Origin: Pecten maximus
Lineage: Eukaryota
Direction of reading: 5' to 3'
DNA length: 64,000 nt
NCBI RefSeq assembly: GCF_902652985.1
Contig: NC_047020.1
Coordinates: 12,648,001 to 12,712,000 of the forward strand
Positions 1 through 12,301 of this stretch are shown here, piece after piece. A program made the position numbers and the translations under genes. Position 1 is the first letter of the stretch, and every line of letters begins with the position of its first letter. Below the pieces are notes generated by a model. The model was not told the DNA's origin and did no database searches. It saw only the letters and a program-made list of their open reading frames with translations.

Positions 1-210
1 TATTAACAAGAATGTGAAATTTGATGAAAATCACATTTGTCCAAGATATTAAGATTCTAAATAAGAGTCTGAAGTTTGATGAAAATCCCTTACATAAAGC
101 CAAACAACCCTGAAACTTATCCCCGATATTATGGACCTTTATGATCAATTAAAGTTTGATCAAATATCTCACAGAATAAAGCCACTAGGTTACTGACAAA
201 CTTTTGTGTA

Positions 211-356
211 TTAACCTACATACATACGGACGTTCTCAACCTCGGGGTTCACCCGTAGAGGACTAAAAGATATTGTATATGATTAACCTACATACATACG
301 GACGCTCTCAACCTCTGGGTTCACCCGTAGAGGACTAAAACATATTGTATATGATT
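211..356 (-). repeat. 72-bp tandem duplication, possibly the degenerate 5' end of a non-autonomous Helentron/HINE on the minus strand
   Basis: TTAACCTACATACATACGGACG...GGACTAAAA.ATATTGTATATGATT occurs at 211 and 283. The minus strand reads TTTTAGTCCTCTACGGGTGAACC followed by a GTCC/GTAT microsatellite, a HINE-like layout. The duplication is seen; the family is inferred. Confidence 0.5.
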
Positions 357-3300
357 GGTCGCTGATTAGATTGTAACTGTTATATATCTATGTAAAGAGA
401 AAGAGGATTACAGGACTACGGCTTATCCATCACATTGCTTGAAAAATATCACTATCTCAATTCATGTATATAAATCTGTAAAGCATTCTGTTCTGTCATC
501 CCACTACATGCAGAGTTATGGCCCTTTGCTTGCAATGTACATGATGTACAAAAGGACATCACTGGATGGCAGTGTTTCAAATAGAAATATGGCCCTTTTT
601 CAATTTTGATTGAAGATTTCTCGGAATATTTATCCTGATAGAGCAGCACAACATAAACTCATCATAGCATGGTACAGGATAGCAGAATGATTTAGCTTTA
701 TGGTTCTGTAGAAGAAATGATTCAAAATAAAAACTTGTGATAGAAGCCGCAATGATTGTATTTAAAACTAGTTAAGCTAATGAATTCTTTACTGCAACAA
801 AGACAAAATTCCATAAACATAAGTTCATAACCATGAAATAAGTTGCAGCTAAGTATTTCATGATTAACTGGATATGTTCAAGTCCTAGCCATGATAGGTA
901 ATGAAATGTAAGACCACAAGTAAAACATGACCAAAAACAATAGCAGGGTAACATAACCGCTCACTCTGAATAATTGTATTATCATATTAGTATACATGTA
1001 CTACCAATTAGCTTAAGCAGAATTAACTGTCCTCATTAATTTACTGTATTTCAGATAATCACATCCATCTGATTACAATTACATGTATATGCGACTAAAG
1101 TGCTTTGTATTACATGTATATCTAAAATCAATCAAGGATTTAACTTAGTAAGCTTTCATAAAGAGTTCCTTCCATTTACTAAGTGTCCATGAATGGAAGG
1201 AACCTTTTATTTACAATGGTACATCACATTCTGTCAGGATTAACAACTCCTTTAGTTTCAAACTTTAGTAAAATTAGCATTTTTTACAAATTCAAACTGG
1301 ATTTCAGGCTTTATAACATGCACATAGCTAACATTTTATGAAAATCAGTATTTTGATAATTATGATTAATGATTTGAAATTAAAATATCATATTGCAGTT
1401 TTGGTTTCAGACTTTTAGAAATTTGACTGCAACAGTTTCACATTCCATGGTAGTTGATAAGTAAATCTGGCTAGAGCTATGACCTTGTTTGTGAGACTGA
1501 AATTATAAAAAAAAAAACAAGCAACAAAAAGCACAATAATCAGAAACATGAACATAAAATACACTCATATCGAATAACAAAACAACTTTTCATCAAAAAA
1601 CAGTATTTTTACATTACCTTGCATAAATTGATTTATTTCTTTTTAATGAAAATTACTGTTATCTGATGTCAAATTTCCAGTTATAACCATCTAAAACTTA
1701 ACACTGTTATCATGCAGAGGCTGTTTCTTCAAGAACTCTTCAGGAATTAAAAATCAGAATTGTATTCAATAGAATTTGTTCATTTTTTCATATGTATATA
1801 ATAATTACACTTCACAGTATTAAAATGAGATTCTAAATATTATATGATGTATTCCCAAACATTTTAAAACGAAATCAAAACAAAAAAATATACAAGTACA
1901 TAATGATGTAAATAATTTCTTTTCCATTATCAAATGTTAACTATATGGTATAATTTAAAGAAGTTTTTCTTGTAGCAGGAATTCTATCAGATGATCAGCA
2001 CCAAATTCTCACCCATGATAAAATATATGTAGACATTTGGAAGGTTTAATGATCAGTTGTATAGTAAAGTACTTTTGATAAATTTTTTAACAATTTACAA
2101 AAATGTTTTATTTATATTCATAGATACATTTTGTATAACAAAATAGTTGTTTTTGTCACCTATCAAAAACGAGATATTTATTATTAGTGCTTGCATTTGG
2201 ATGAAAGAATTTCTAAAAAAAATTCATTTAAGCTACATTTTTACATGTAGAAATTGTAAAATAACCTTTTTATTGCACTGGTCAATGATACAAATCAAAA
2301 CTTGTACATTTATAATTTATCATGCATCAACTGTAACAATATACATGTACACAATAAGGTATGGAAAAATAGCAGGAAAAAATCAACTACTAATTGGACT
2401 TACGTAAACACAGGAAACTAATTTCTGTTGCCATCTTCATTGCATACTAGGTATTTACCATTGAAGTAGGATTTTCTTAATGTCTTGTTTATTTTACTAA
2501 TATAACTACAAGCCATTTCATAATTATAATGCCAAAATAATTAACAAAAGCTTGCATATCAATACATCAGAGCAACTGGCATCTAATTTTAATAAAATTT
2601 TGTAACTTGCCATCATAAAATTATGTTTTGTGAATATGGCAAAACATGGTATAGATTGTTTTCAAATGGCACTCCATGGCAGACAGGTCTAGACGTTGAA
2701 TATAAAATCTACTTTATGTTAATTATTCCTCCAAACAAATCATCTTTTCTAGTGTTTTTTTTAGCTTACCCCATATGTAAATTGATTGCATAATGACATG
2801 ATTCCACTAAAGCAAAAAGTAATATTCAAACTTCATAAATGACATGGGTCAAAACCAAAATATAACTGAAAATGAGCTTGCAAAATCATATTTTAATCTA
2901 AATTTTTCAACTTCGTCTACCAACCTCGAATAAAGGGGTAGAGGGTAACATCACAATATCGTTCACAAAATAGAATGTAAAATTTCCCAAAATACATTGT
3001 GAAAAACATACAAAATTTCACGAAATAATCCACTTAGATACTCTTCGGGTTGACGAAATGTCTAATACATATGACGTATAAACAAAACTTTCTTAAAATT
3101 GAAAAATTGTATTACGGGTATGTGATGTGTGGAGTTTTCATTTTTAATAATACTACCAATAATGTTTCACTCATTATTTTTTCACAGTAAAATATTTGTT
3201 TTCGTCGTAAATATAGAACTCATATTCTTTAATTTTTCTTAATTATCCAATTAATGTAGAAATACAAGAGACCCTATCTGAAATTCAATACAAAAATATC

Positions 3301-3461
3301 AACAATACCATGAACATTGGAAGACCAGACCATACAGATAGCCTAGTAGATTTGACAGTAGAGATTTGTGTTAGGTGAATGACTTAATATATATTTCATT
3401 TTATACTACTCACTGACCACAGATTGATAAGTACATTATGTATTTGATATCGAACCAATCA

Positions 3462-6386
3462 TTACTGGTTTGGATTTTGGTACTGAAGCGGGTTATAGTT
3501 CTGGTGCATATACAGGTAAGGAAATGGTGGAACAGACCATTGCCCTGGAGTTTTATTGTCGTACTGTCTCTGGTTAGAGTCATGGACTTGTTGCTGCATG
3601 TCTGTGAAGGTGTGGTCAGAAGTTTGGCCATCACGACTGTCTTTTCTCCGCAGATCAGAATAACTATCAGGCCCAGCACCAGACATATAAGCCACAGACT
3701 GGTGAGACAAATGGGTAACCTGATCAATGCTAGCTGTGGTTGGATCTACTGTATAGGGAAGATGGGGCAGTTGCATTGTTGAATGACTTTGCCCTTGGGA
3801 CTGTCCTTGATTCTGAGCTTGAACTTGCTCCTGATGATGCATGGTACTGACTGCTTGGAGAAGAGCTTGTTTACGTAGATATTCGGCAGTCGCCGCTGCC
3901 ATTTGTTCATCTTGTGGGGAAAGGCCATGAGCTGAGGCAGCTGTCACATGATCGAGTGTCCTCGACAAGGGTCGTACTGTAGTCACAGGTGGTAGTGGCT
4001 GCTGTTGCTGCTGATCTTGGTGAGACATATAATTGTCAACTGGTTCTGATGTTGAATCAACACTATCTAAATGATGATCTATTTTTTCTGAACTTTGTCC
4101 AGTTAGATGTTCACTAGAAGCACCAATGATTCGTTCTACTATGTTACTGAACACTGCCCTGTTGTCAGTCTCGGGACTCGACATTATTTCTGATGTCTGA
4201 CTTTCCGTATTGTTGGAAATTGTTTGTTCATTAGACAAGTCTTTATCCTGGTTTTCTAAATCTGTTGATGGATCTGGCCCACTAGTCATAATAGGCCTGC
4301 CTCCTCTTCTAACTGTACCATCAAAACTCTCAATAAAATAACCTTCCTTTCCCTTCAGATCTGATATAACACCGTCTCTCCATTTCTTTGGATCTCTCTT
4401 GTGGACCAAGATCATATGACGTCTAATAATGGAAGTATCACTGAATTTTCTTGCACAGAGGCCACAAGAAAATGGTTTATCACCATTGTGAATTCGTTCA
4501 TGTCTATACAGAGCCTGCTTTTGTGTGAAACCTTTACCACACACTCCACAGAGATGATCTTTCCCTCCTTTGTGTACTTTCATATGAATGGCAAGGGCTG
4601 AAGATTGTCGGAATAGTTTGTCGCATACCTCACATTTAAATCTTTTTACCTCATCATGTGTATATTTGTGTTCTTTTAGAGACTTTTCATAGGCAAATGA
4701 CTTGTTACACACCTTACAAATATGAGGTCGCAGCCCCATATGTACATTTGCATGTTGAATGTATGAGTTTTTCTGGGTGAAACTTTTGCCACATGTTGGA
4801 CACAAAAAGCTTTTCCTGATGCCCATGTGTTCAGCTTTGATATGGTAGTTCAATACATATTTAGTACTGAACCTTTTATCACATTGATCACATGGGTATT
4901 CAGGCTTTTCATAATCATCTTCGTGAATTTTCTTGTGTTTGATGAATGTCCGAAGAGATTTATACATTTTACCACAGGTGTCACAGCAATGTTGAGGTTC
5001 AACATGGGTCATCACATGTCGTTTCAAATCCTTATGAATACCAAATGTTCTATCACAGTGTTCACACTTCCATTTTTTCATTCTGTGGTTCCTTCTGTAG
5101 TGTTCACCTAGTTGACTTCTTTTTTTTGCCACATAGGAACAAGAAGGACAAGGATAATCACATGCTTTCCCTACATTTTGGGACCTTTTCCCTCTGGATT
5201 TCTTAATTTGTCCTGCTCTAGCTTTCCTTGTTTGTCTCCTACCAGCTTTCCTTTCAAATTTTATTTTTAAACCTTCAGCTTTGTCATTGAAGGTTTTATC
5301 AGGAAGCCATTCTTGATCGTTGGCATCCTGCTTTTCCTCATCTTTTTCTTCATCTTCACCATCCTCTTCATCATCTACATCAAATTCAGGCTCCTGCACA
5401 CCATCTGCCTCATCATCTACTTCTTCAGATATCTCCACCGTTTCTATTGGACCTTCATCCCCTTCCTCTTGTTTGATTTCTACAGATTCTGTACACATTT
5501 TTATATCTAATTTTGGACTTGTTTTGAGGAGTTTCACTGGAACACCTTTCCTTTTATGTTTCTTTTTCGGTGGTGATAATTTACTTATTTTCTTTGCTAT
5601 ATTGTCAACACGTAGAGTTTGTTTAGTTTTTGTTCTAGTAACAGTGTGCTCTGGTTGACTAAACTCAGATTTGATGTCTTTGTTTCTATTGACTACTTCA
5701 CGATTAGCTTGTTGTTTCTTATGCACATAATTTATAGAAGTGTCCTCCTCGTCTAAGTCAAGCATAATATTGTCTTTATCATCCTCCTCACTACTATTTG
5801 CGACGTTTTCTGTGGTTGAAATACTGTCATCCTCCCCTTCCTCTTCTTCTGTCTCTCCATCATACATTGGATCTGTATCAGACATCTTCTCGTTGTCTGT
5901 ATTTCGATCAGACATAAAGTCTTTAGATGAAAATGTTAATACGATTGGTTCTGGAACCTTACTCTTCACTGGGGTAAGTTTCGACGTGAGTTCTCGGTTT
6001 TCCTGTTGTTTAGCCATGTATATTGGTGCTGGTTGTTTATTTATGCTGTTTGTATGAACACTTTCGGGAGTGTGATTCGAGAAAGTCGACTGTACAATAC
6101 TGTCGTCGTAATCTAGAGAAGTGGATACCGGCGGAATACCATAAACGGAATTGAGTAGCTCTATCAAAAGTCTATATGCAGACATCATTGAGTTCCAATC
6201 CCCCGCCATGCTAAATTTACCACCGTCTTCATATAGGTCAACGCCTGCTTCCCGACTGATTTCTGTAAGCTGAACATTCGATAATGGAGTAGAAACATCC
6301 TCGAAATTCTTCAAGAAATCTGACGAAAGTTCGGCAGATGTATGTGCAAATACTTTCTTCATTACTCTATGCATCGACATATCCAT
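3462..6386 (-). CDS. C2H2 zinc-finger transcription factor (9 tandem fingers, acidic N-terminal half, Q/S-rich C-terminus), single coding exon
   Basis: Uninterrupted 974-aa ORF. Nine CxxC-x12-HxxxH/HxxxxH units run from YPCPSCSYVAKKRSQLGEHYRRNH to FSCGLCARKFSDTSIIRRHMILVH, with Kruppel-type linkers HMGLRPH and HNGDKPF. Basic NLS-like stretch PPKKKHKRK. Confidence 0.95.
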   Translation of the reverse strand: MDMSMHRVMKKVFAHTSAELSSDFLKNFEDVSTPLSNVQLTEISREAGVDLYEDGGKFSMAGDWNSMMSAYRLLIELLNSVYGIPPVSTSLDYDDSIVQSTFSNHTPESVHTNSINKQPAPIYMAKQQENRELTSKLTPVKSKVPEPIVLTFSSKDFMSDRNTDNEKMSDTDPMYDGETEEEEGEDDSISTTENVANSSEEDDKDNIMLDLDEEDTSINYVHKKQQANREVVNRNKDIKSEFSQPEHTVTRTKTKQTLRVDNIAKKISKLSPPKKKHKRKGVPVKLLKTSPKLDIKMCTESVEIKQEEGDEGPIETVEISEEVDDEADGVQEPEFDVDDEEDGEDEEKDEEKQDANDQEWLPDKTFNDKAEGLKIKFERKAGRRQTRKARAGQIKKSRGKRSQNVGKACDYPCPSCSYVAKKRSQLGEHYRRNHRMKKWKCEHCDRTFGIHKDLKRHVMTHVEPQHCCDTCGKMYKSLRTFIKHKKIHEDDYEKPEYPCDQCDKRFSTKYVLNYHIKAEHMGIRKSFLCPTCGKSFTQKNSYIQHANVHMGLRPHICKVCNKSFAYEKSLKEHKYTHDEVKRFKCEVCDKLFRQSSALAIHMKVHKGGKDHLCGVCGKGFTQKQALYRHERIHNGDKPFSCGLCARKFSDTSIIRRHMILVHKRDPKKWRDGVISDLKGKEGYFIESFDGTVRRGGRPIMTSGPDPSTDLENQDKDLSNEQTISNNTESQTSEIMSSPETDNRAVFSNIVERIIGASSEHLTGQSSEKIDHHLDSVDSTSEPVDNYMSHQDQQQQQPLPPVTTVRPLSRTLDHVTAASAHGLSPQDEQMAAATAEYLRKQALLQAVSTMHHQEQVQAQNQGQSQGQSHSTMQLPHLPYTVDPTTASIDQVTHLSHQSVAYMSGAGPDSYSDLRRKDSRDGQTSDHTFTDMQQQVHDSNQRQYDNKTPGQWSVPPFPYLYMHQNYNPLQYQNPNQ

Positions 6387-6454
6387 GTTGACTTATATAT
6401 GCATTATTGTATTACATTGAACAGTTGACTTTTTACACTATTTTCTTTAGAAAT

Positions 6455-6550
6455 TTCGTCCATTTTGCAAACCGGAAGTTGATACCTATGATGCGCTGAA
6501 AGAGAGTACCTGTCAAGAGAGATAACTGTGCATACGTCATGACGTCGTTG
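6455..6550 (-). promoter_or_regulatory. Candidate promoter of the zinc-finger gene
   Basis: ETS motif ACCGGAAGT (6471-6479) and a CRE-like palindrome ACGTCATGACGT (6534-6545), 85-160 bp upstream of the ATG. Confidence 0.45.
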
Positions 6551-6989
6551 TGGCTTCAGGAGTTTGACGTTATATCATTTTTTTTTACTGAACAGCCAAC
6601 TCTTGCCTGTTCGGATTACAAGATTATAATCCTTTGGCATTCAGCTCATAATGCAAAATATGCATCATCATATGATGTTTTTATATTTTATAGCTCTCTT
6701 TCTTTGAAAACTTTGGTAAAGTACAAGTGTTCACCTATCTAGAGTTCATACTCAAATTGTTTTACTGTGCAGATTTGTTGATATTAATGTATTAACGTTG
6801 CTCTGTATTGGTAATGAATTTCGAAAGTAGCAATCAATCTGAATTAAAATGCTGATTTTAATTAATTCCCAAATAACTTTGCAAAACGTGAGATAAAAAG
6901 TGAAAATTAATTTTTGAAAATTTTCGTTTTATACCTGCGTTGAAAAAAGATTGATTAGCAGTTTTCTCAACTTCATGCAACCGGTAAAC

Positions 6990-7292
6990 GTGGTTTCCAA
7001 TTACTTAGATATCATGATTTCCTATTGGTTAGATCTCAGAGTTTCCAATTAGTTAGATCTCAGGGTTTCCAATTATAGTTAGATCTCATGGTTTCCAATT
7101 ATAGTTAGATCTCAGGGTTTCCAATTATAGTTAAATCTCATGGTTTCCAATTATAGTTAGATCTCAGGGTTTCCAATTATAGTTATATCTCAGGGTTTCC
7201 AATTATAGTTAGATCTCAGGGTTTCCAATTATAGTTAGATCTCAGGGTTTCCAATTAGTTAGATCTCAGGGTTTCTAATTAGTTAAATCTCA
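6990..7292. repeat. 26/28-bp minisatellite (TAGTTAGATCTCAGGGTTTCCAATTA)
   Basis: About 10 tandem units visible. Confidence 0.9.
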
Positions 7293-7745
7293 GCTACAGG
7301 TAAACGGGGGTTCCCAAGAAGTTATACCTCAACTACATGTAACCGGTAAATTGAGTTCCCAAGTAGTTAGACATCTACAGGTAACAGGTAAACGGTGTTC
7401 CAAAGTAGTTATAGACATCAACTACATGTAACCAGTAAATGAAGTTCCTAAGTAGTTATATACATCAACTACAGGTAACAGGTAAATGAAGTTCCTTAGT
7501 AGTTATATACATCAACTACATGTAACCAGTAAATGAAGTTCCTTAGTAGTTATATACATCAACTACATGTAACAGGTAAACGGATTTCCCAAGTAGTTAG
7601 ACCTCAGCTATTACCTAGACCTCAGCTACAGGTAATCGATAACCGGGATTCCCAAGTATTTAGACCTCATCTACAGGTAACCCTTTAAAGGAGTTCCCAA
7701 GTATCAGGGTCTCAATTAAAGGTAACCGGTAAACGGGAATCCCAG
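7293..7745. repeat. Diverged ~50-bp minisatellite related to the adjacent 26/28-mer
   Basis: Units like TAGTTATATACATCAACTACATGTAACCAGTAAATGAAGTTCC share the TAGTTAGA..TCA and GTT(T)CC motifs with the left array. Confidence 0.8.
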
Positions 7746-7809
7746 CTCACAAGGCTTTAAATCTTGTAACCCAAGTTCGAATTCCGACATCGGTAAATGT
7801 ATAGAAGAT

Positions 7810-8550
7810 TAAGGTCAACTGAGACGAAGTAAGTCTCAGTTGACCTATTGGAGACGAAGTAAGTCTCAGTTGACCTATTGCGATCGCCCTTTTTCCGGCA
7901 TCGTGCGTCGTCCGTCGTAAACAATTTATATTTTCGGCTTCTTCTCTGAAACACATGAACAAATTTTAATGAAATTTTGCAGAAATCTTCCATGGCCCAA
8001 GGACAACCAAAATTTTGAGATGATATGGTCCCCACCCCCAAGGGGACTGAGTGCCAAAAAGGGTGAAATTGACTTACTTTTCCAAAATCTTCTTCTCAAG
8101 ACCCAAATAAGGTAGAACCAAATACTCTTCATATATGGAAGGGTCTTAAGGTGCTTTACCAAAATTTTGAAATTTATTACCCTGGGAAGGGGGGGGGGGG
8201 TCAAATTAATTGAAATTTCAAAAATCTTCCTCTCAAGATTAAAATAAGGTAGAAGTAGATACTCTTCATAGAAGGAAAGGTCTGAAGGTGCTTTACCAAA
8301 ATTGTGAATTTCATGACCCAGGAAATTCACATTTGCCCCTGGGGAGGGAGTAAACTTTACTATAGTTTAAAGAGGGAAACAACATTTTTGAAAATCATTT
8401 GTTTGATTTTATATTGGAATTCATTCTAACTTGATTAACAGTATCAGCATGGGATGACAGTTTGATGGTATGCACTTGTTGGCCCTAACTGACCCCCAGG
8501 GGCTGATGGGCGGAACCAAAAAGGGTCAAATTAACTGAAATATTTCAAAA
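7810..8550 (+). mobile_element. Non-autonomous Helentron/HINE-type element, 3'-truncated
   Basis: 5' hairpin AGGTCAACTGAGAC-gaagtaa-GTCTCAGTTGACCT (7812-7846), then GCGATCGC, a short (CGTC/GTCC) microsatellite, and internal core repeats (AAAATCTTC.TCTCAAGA...AAATAAGGTAGAA at ~8084 and ~8221). The family call rests on known HINE architecture. Confidence 0.7.
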
Positions 8551-8724
8551 CTCGATGCCCCAGACCTCATTACGATATGACCACCGCGTGAATTCTCATT
8601 TCGTTCATACGGCGATTAATCACAGAAACTTCAATATTTTTACAATCGTTAGGGTGTTCCCCATGGCAAAGATATTTTTAGTTTTACAAAGAAGAACACA
8701 AAAAAACCCAGCATGCAGCTAATG

Positions 8725-8943
8725 TTTGTTTGTTTTTGTTTAACGTCCTATTAACAGCCAGGGTCATTTAAGGACGTGCCAGGTTTTGGAGGTGGAGGAA
8801 AGCCGGAGTACCCGGAGAAAAAACCACCGGCCTACGGTCAGTACCTGGCAACTGCCCCACGTAGGTTTCGAACTCGCAACCCAGAGATGGAGGGCTAGTG
8901 TTAAAGTGTCGGGACACCTTAACCACTCGGCCACCGCGGCCCC
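8725..8943 (-). mobile_element. Full-length tRNA-derived V-domain SINE with 13-bp TSD
   Basis: Minus strand has A box TGGCCGAGTGG, B box GTTCGAAAC, V-domain-like TTTTCTCCGGGTACTCCGGCTTTCCTCC and an (AAAC)n tail. Perfect TSD CATGCAGCTAATG at 8712-8724 and 8944-8956. Confidence 0.9.
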
Positions 8944-9224
8944 CATGCAGCTAATGAAAATCATTCTTTTTTATATGATTACATAGAACATTGAATCTGT
9001 ATTTTTAATTTCACAACAAATGCGAAACAAGAGATATCAACTTATATAATTGAAATTAAAATAAGATCTCTCATTACACTATAACGTAGTAATGAGATTT
9101 GATTTAAATTAGATGAAACTTATATTTACCTAATATTGTGTCTGTGTATTATCTTGTACATATATCACTCTTGTTTTCTCAGATGGAGGTGCGCTCGAGG
9201 TGTATACGTATCGCTGTTTGAAAA

Positions 9225-9305
9225 AGGCCCAGATAAATCCCACGTGGTCGGGCAGGTGACCCCATATCTGTCCATGTCCGATCGGGGAATCGAACCCCGG
9301 TTGCG
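9225..9305 (-). mobile_element. Degenerate tRNA-derived SINE fragment
   Basis: Minus strand CCGGGGTTCGATTCCCCG (T-arm/B box), followed by CCGACCACGTGGGATTTATCTGGG resembling a decayed V domain. No A box or TSD. Confidence 0.45.
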
Positions 9306-9459
9306 TTTTTACAATCTCACGTCCTTTTAAGTCAGAGTGAGAATGTGAGACGGTCCTTACCGGTCACCATAGATAGGGTGGTAGTTTTGTTTAGTACAAA
9401 TGAAATTTGTTAGGTATTCTCCCTTGTTTTAGTAATATAATATAATGTTTTGTTTCTAG

Positions 9460-9503
9460 CAGAGACTTGTATATCTGATATATATCTGATATACAAGTCT
9501 CTA
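9460..9503. mobile_element. Putative DNA-transposon (P-like) excision footprint 1
   Basis: CAGAGACTTGTATATC (16 bp) + 11-nt filler + TGATATACAAGTCTCTA (17 bp), flanked by TTTCTAG at 9453-9459 and 9504-9510. Confidence 0.65.
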
Positions 9504-11880
9504 TTTCTAGTAATAACGACTAATTACGAGAACGATTGTTTTATTGTATTTCTATTTGGTCCTATCCGGCTTCCGTATAGTGGTACCATATTTTTCAATG
9601 GCTTTTAAACTTGGAAGTATATTGATCAGTACATCAGCGAGGGTTGCATGGTTTCTCGTGAGGTTGGGTCGTCATCACGACATCAGGGGTAATTACGGAA
9701 CTGACGTCACTGTTCCAGCCAGACTTGGTTAGTCCAATCTATCAGAGTCACTTAATTCCCTTCGTTTCACGTAAGATAGAATTAATGGCCTATAGGTGTA
9801 GGCGTCACCATTTCCTCTCAAATTTGTAACAGATACAGTGCATACAGTCAAAATGACTTGGTGCAATTTCGTTTTTATAGATATGAGAGATATAGGCCTA
9901 AGTAGATAAGTATACATGTGATAATAATGGTTTACACTATATATCAATAAAGTAAACAAAAACAGGTTTATAACAGTTTATTCGACAAAAATATATCAGC
10001 ATTTTTAAACACCGTAAAAACAAAGAATAAAAGGATGAACAAGCCCGTGAGTTCAATACATTGGCTTTGATAAAAATGGAGTACATGCTATGTGACAATG
10101 TCAGCATTTGAAAGGAATTACAAGTATTTTAGATTGGCTGTGAGTTAATATGAAATACTTCTGACTGCTGTATGGCGTTAATGTGCAGGAAGAATTCTGT
10201 CACACCTCAAACTGTAGGCATTTGAATGAAAAATAAGTTTGAAATGTTGCACACCGATGATGGAGACATCCGTGAAATCTGTGTTTTAACCGTTTACACA
10301 GATATCCATTGGGTGTGTGTTTTAACCGTTGCATTTATTCATCTAGCCTAGCCCGAATTTCCTCCGGGTCCAGTCCATACCAGACTTTCCACATTTAAAA
10401 AAAAAAACTAGTCTACATTTGTTCTGAACTGGATTTTATCATCAGTATCAGGGATATCATGGTACAACATTAGGGTGGCATGTTGAGGTAAGTATACCCG
10501 TCTCATATAGTATGTACAATACCATATGTGTCTTAGGTATGTACACGTGTAAGGCGTGCCAAAAAAAGTGTGTTGGGTTTTAAACCATACAGATACACGA
10601 TGTGACGTTGCTGCCTGAAGAACGGACTTCAAATTATAAAAATAATGCATTACCGGACAACAATATTAATCCCGAATTCATCATCTATAAATTACAAATT
10701 TCAATAAATAAATCGCAGATTTAATGAATGTGAAAAATACACAAATTTAATTTACAATTACTAAATTAAGTCACTTTCTATTATCAAGATAGTGTAACAT
10801 GGAATGAGGTTAAATATATAAATACAGCTGCTATTGGTTAATCAATACATCCATATAGTTGAAATATAATAAATTATTTTAAAATTTAGCTAAAAATATA
10901 TATCAGATTTTATATCCAAAAATATTCCTAGATCTGTATTTCTATATAACACATTTGCCCTTTGAATATAAATTTCCGTATCATAATTTTGATAGATTTT
11001 AAAATAAATCATTATACTTCATTCGTCTCTTTAAATTCTAAAATAATTTATTATATTTCATAGACTCATAGTTTCTGATTAAATTAAGTTAAACGGATCA
11101 AACAGTCTATTGATCACAGTTCTAAGTAATCAGATTATGACAGGTTTGCATATTGATTCTTAAGACATGAAATGTCTTAATGAAGAGAAGATTGAGAACC
11201 TTAAAAAAACAAGGACCCTTCACATCTTATAGTGAATCTCTGTACCTCAACGGGATCACAGCAGGGACAGACAATAAAATAGCATCAACATATCATTTAA
11301 TATTGTTTGATGCCCAATTACACGAATCAAAAGAAAAAACGTAACTGGGCAGAGTTGTCTCCCCTTGTTTCTTTATCAGTTTTTTTAAAACAGAGTTCGG
11401 ACTAAGTCTTAAGTACTATAAAAGATTTTCCTGGAGAATGGCTTGATATTAAAACAACATTTGAGGAATTTTTTCTGTCCCTGTCATGATAGGATTCGTT
11501 TGCATACCTGAATACACATGTATATAAATACCATAAATTATTGTTTACAACATTTGGAATAAATAACTTTTAAAATCAAATAAAAATACATACATTTACA
11601 TGCAAGTAAAATATCCGTAGTTAACAAACATAAAGATAACCCTTACTGTCTTTTTACCAGAAAAAAAGTTCAATATGTACACAACGAATGGGTTATAGAT
11701 GTATTATATACATTAAATTTGCTTCTTAAATAGATATTAAATAATTATAGTTTAAAACTGATACCACATCAAATAAATAATAATTTAAAAATAAAAATCG
11801 ACCTCCTTTCAGTTCAAAATGATATTTGAGAACTACATTAGTGACGACGTCACGATACATGTAGATATGATAGAACGCAA

Positions 11881-11904
11881 AATGATGATGATGATGGTGG
11901 TGGT

Positions 11905-11939
<35 letters not shown>

Positions 11940-11965
11940 TGATGATGATGATGATGATGATGACG
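11881..11965. repeat. Compound trinucleotide microsatellite (GAT)n(GGT)n(GAC)n(GAT)n, probably in the 3' UTR of the SOCS-box gene
   Basis: Directly visible, ~340 bp downstream of the stop codon. Confidence 0.9.
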
Positions 11966-12301
11966 AATTTAGTTATAATATAAATACTGGCAATTATTGC
12001 TATCTGCTGCTGTTTGCATATGCGTTTTGCATAGAATAGATGGACCATTGTTTAGTTCTGGTGTAAGGTCAGCTGCTTAAAGAATATTAAAAAATAAATA
12101 GTTTTCAAGATATCACTTGTTTACAATATTGACACATGTTTATGCTAGATGAGTTTTATTTCTATGTGATACAAATAACATAGTATCTGATAAAATCCAT
12201 ATAAACATATTTTGAATGAAATAATTTAAATTTGATTTGTGAAAAATCAAAGGCTGTATAAAACATATATTTAACTCGTCTTGGTTAAGTATCTTATGTT
12301 C

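Noticed and set aside
8860-8943. tRNA gene
   Set aside because: The tRNA-like part is a SINE head: it lacks a proper acceptor stem and continues into a V domain, tail and TSD.
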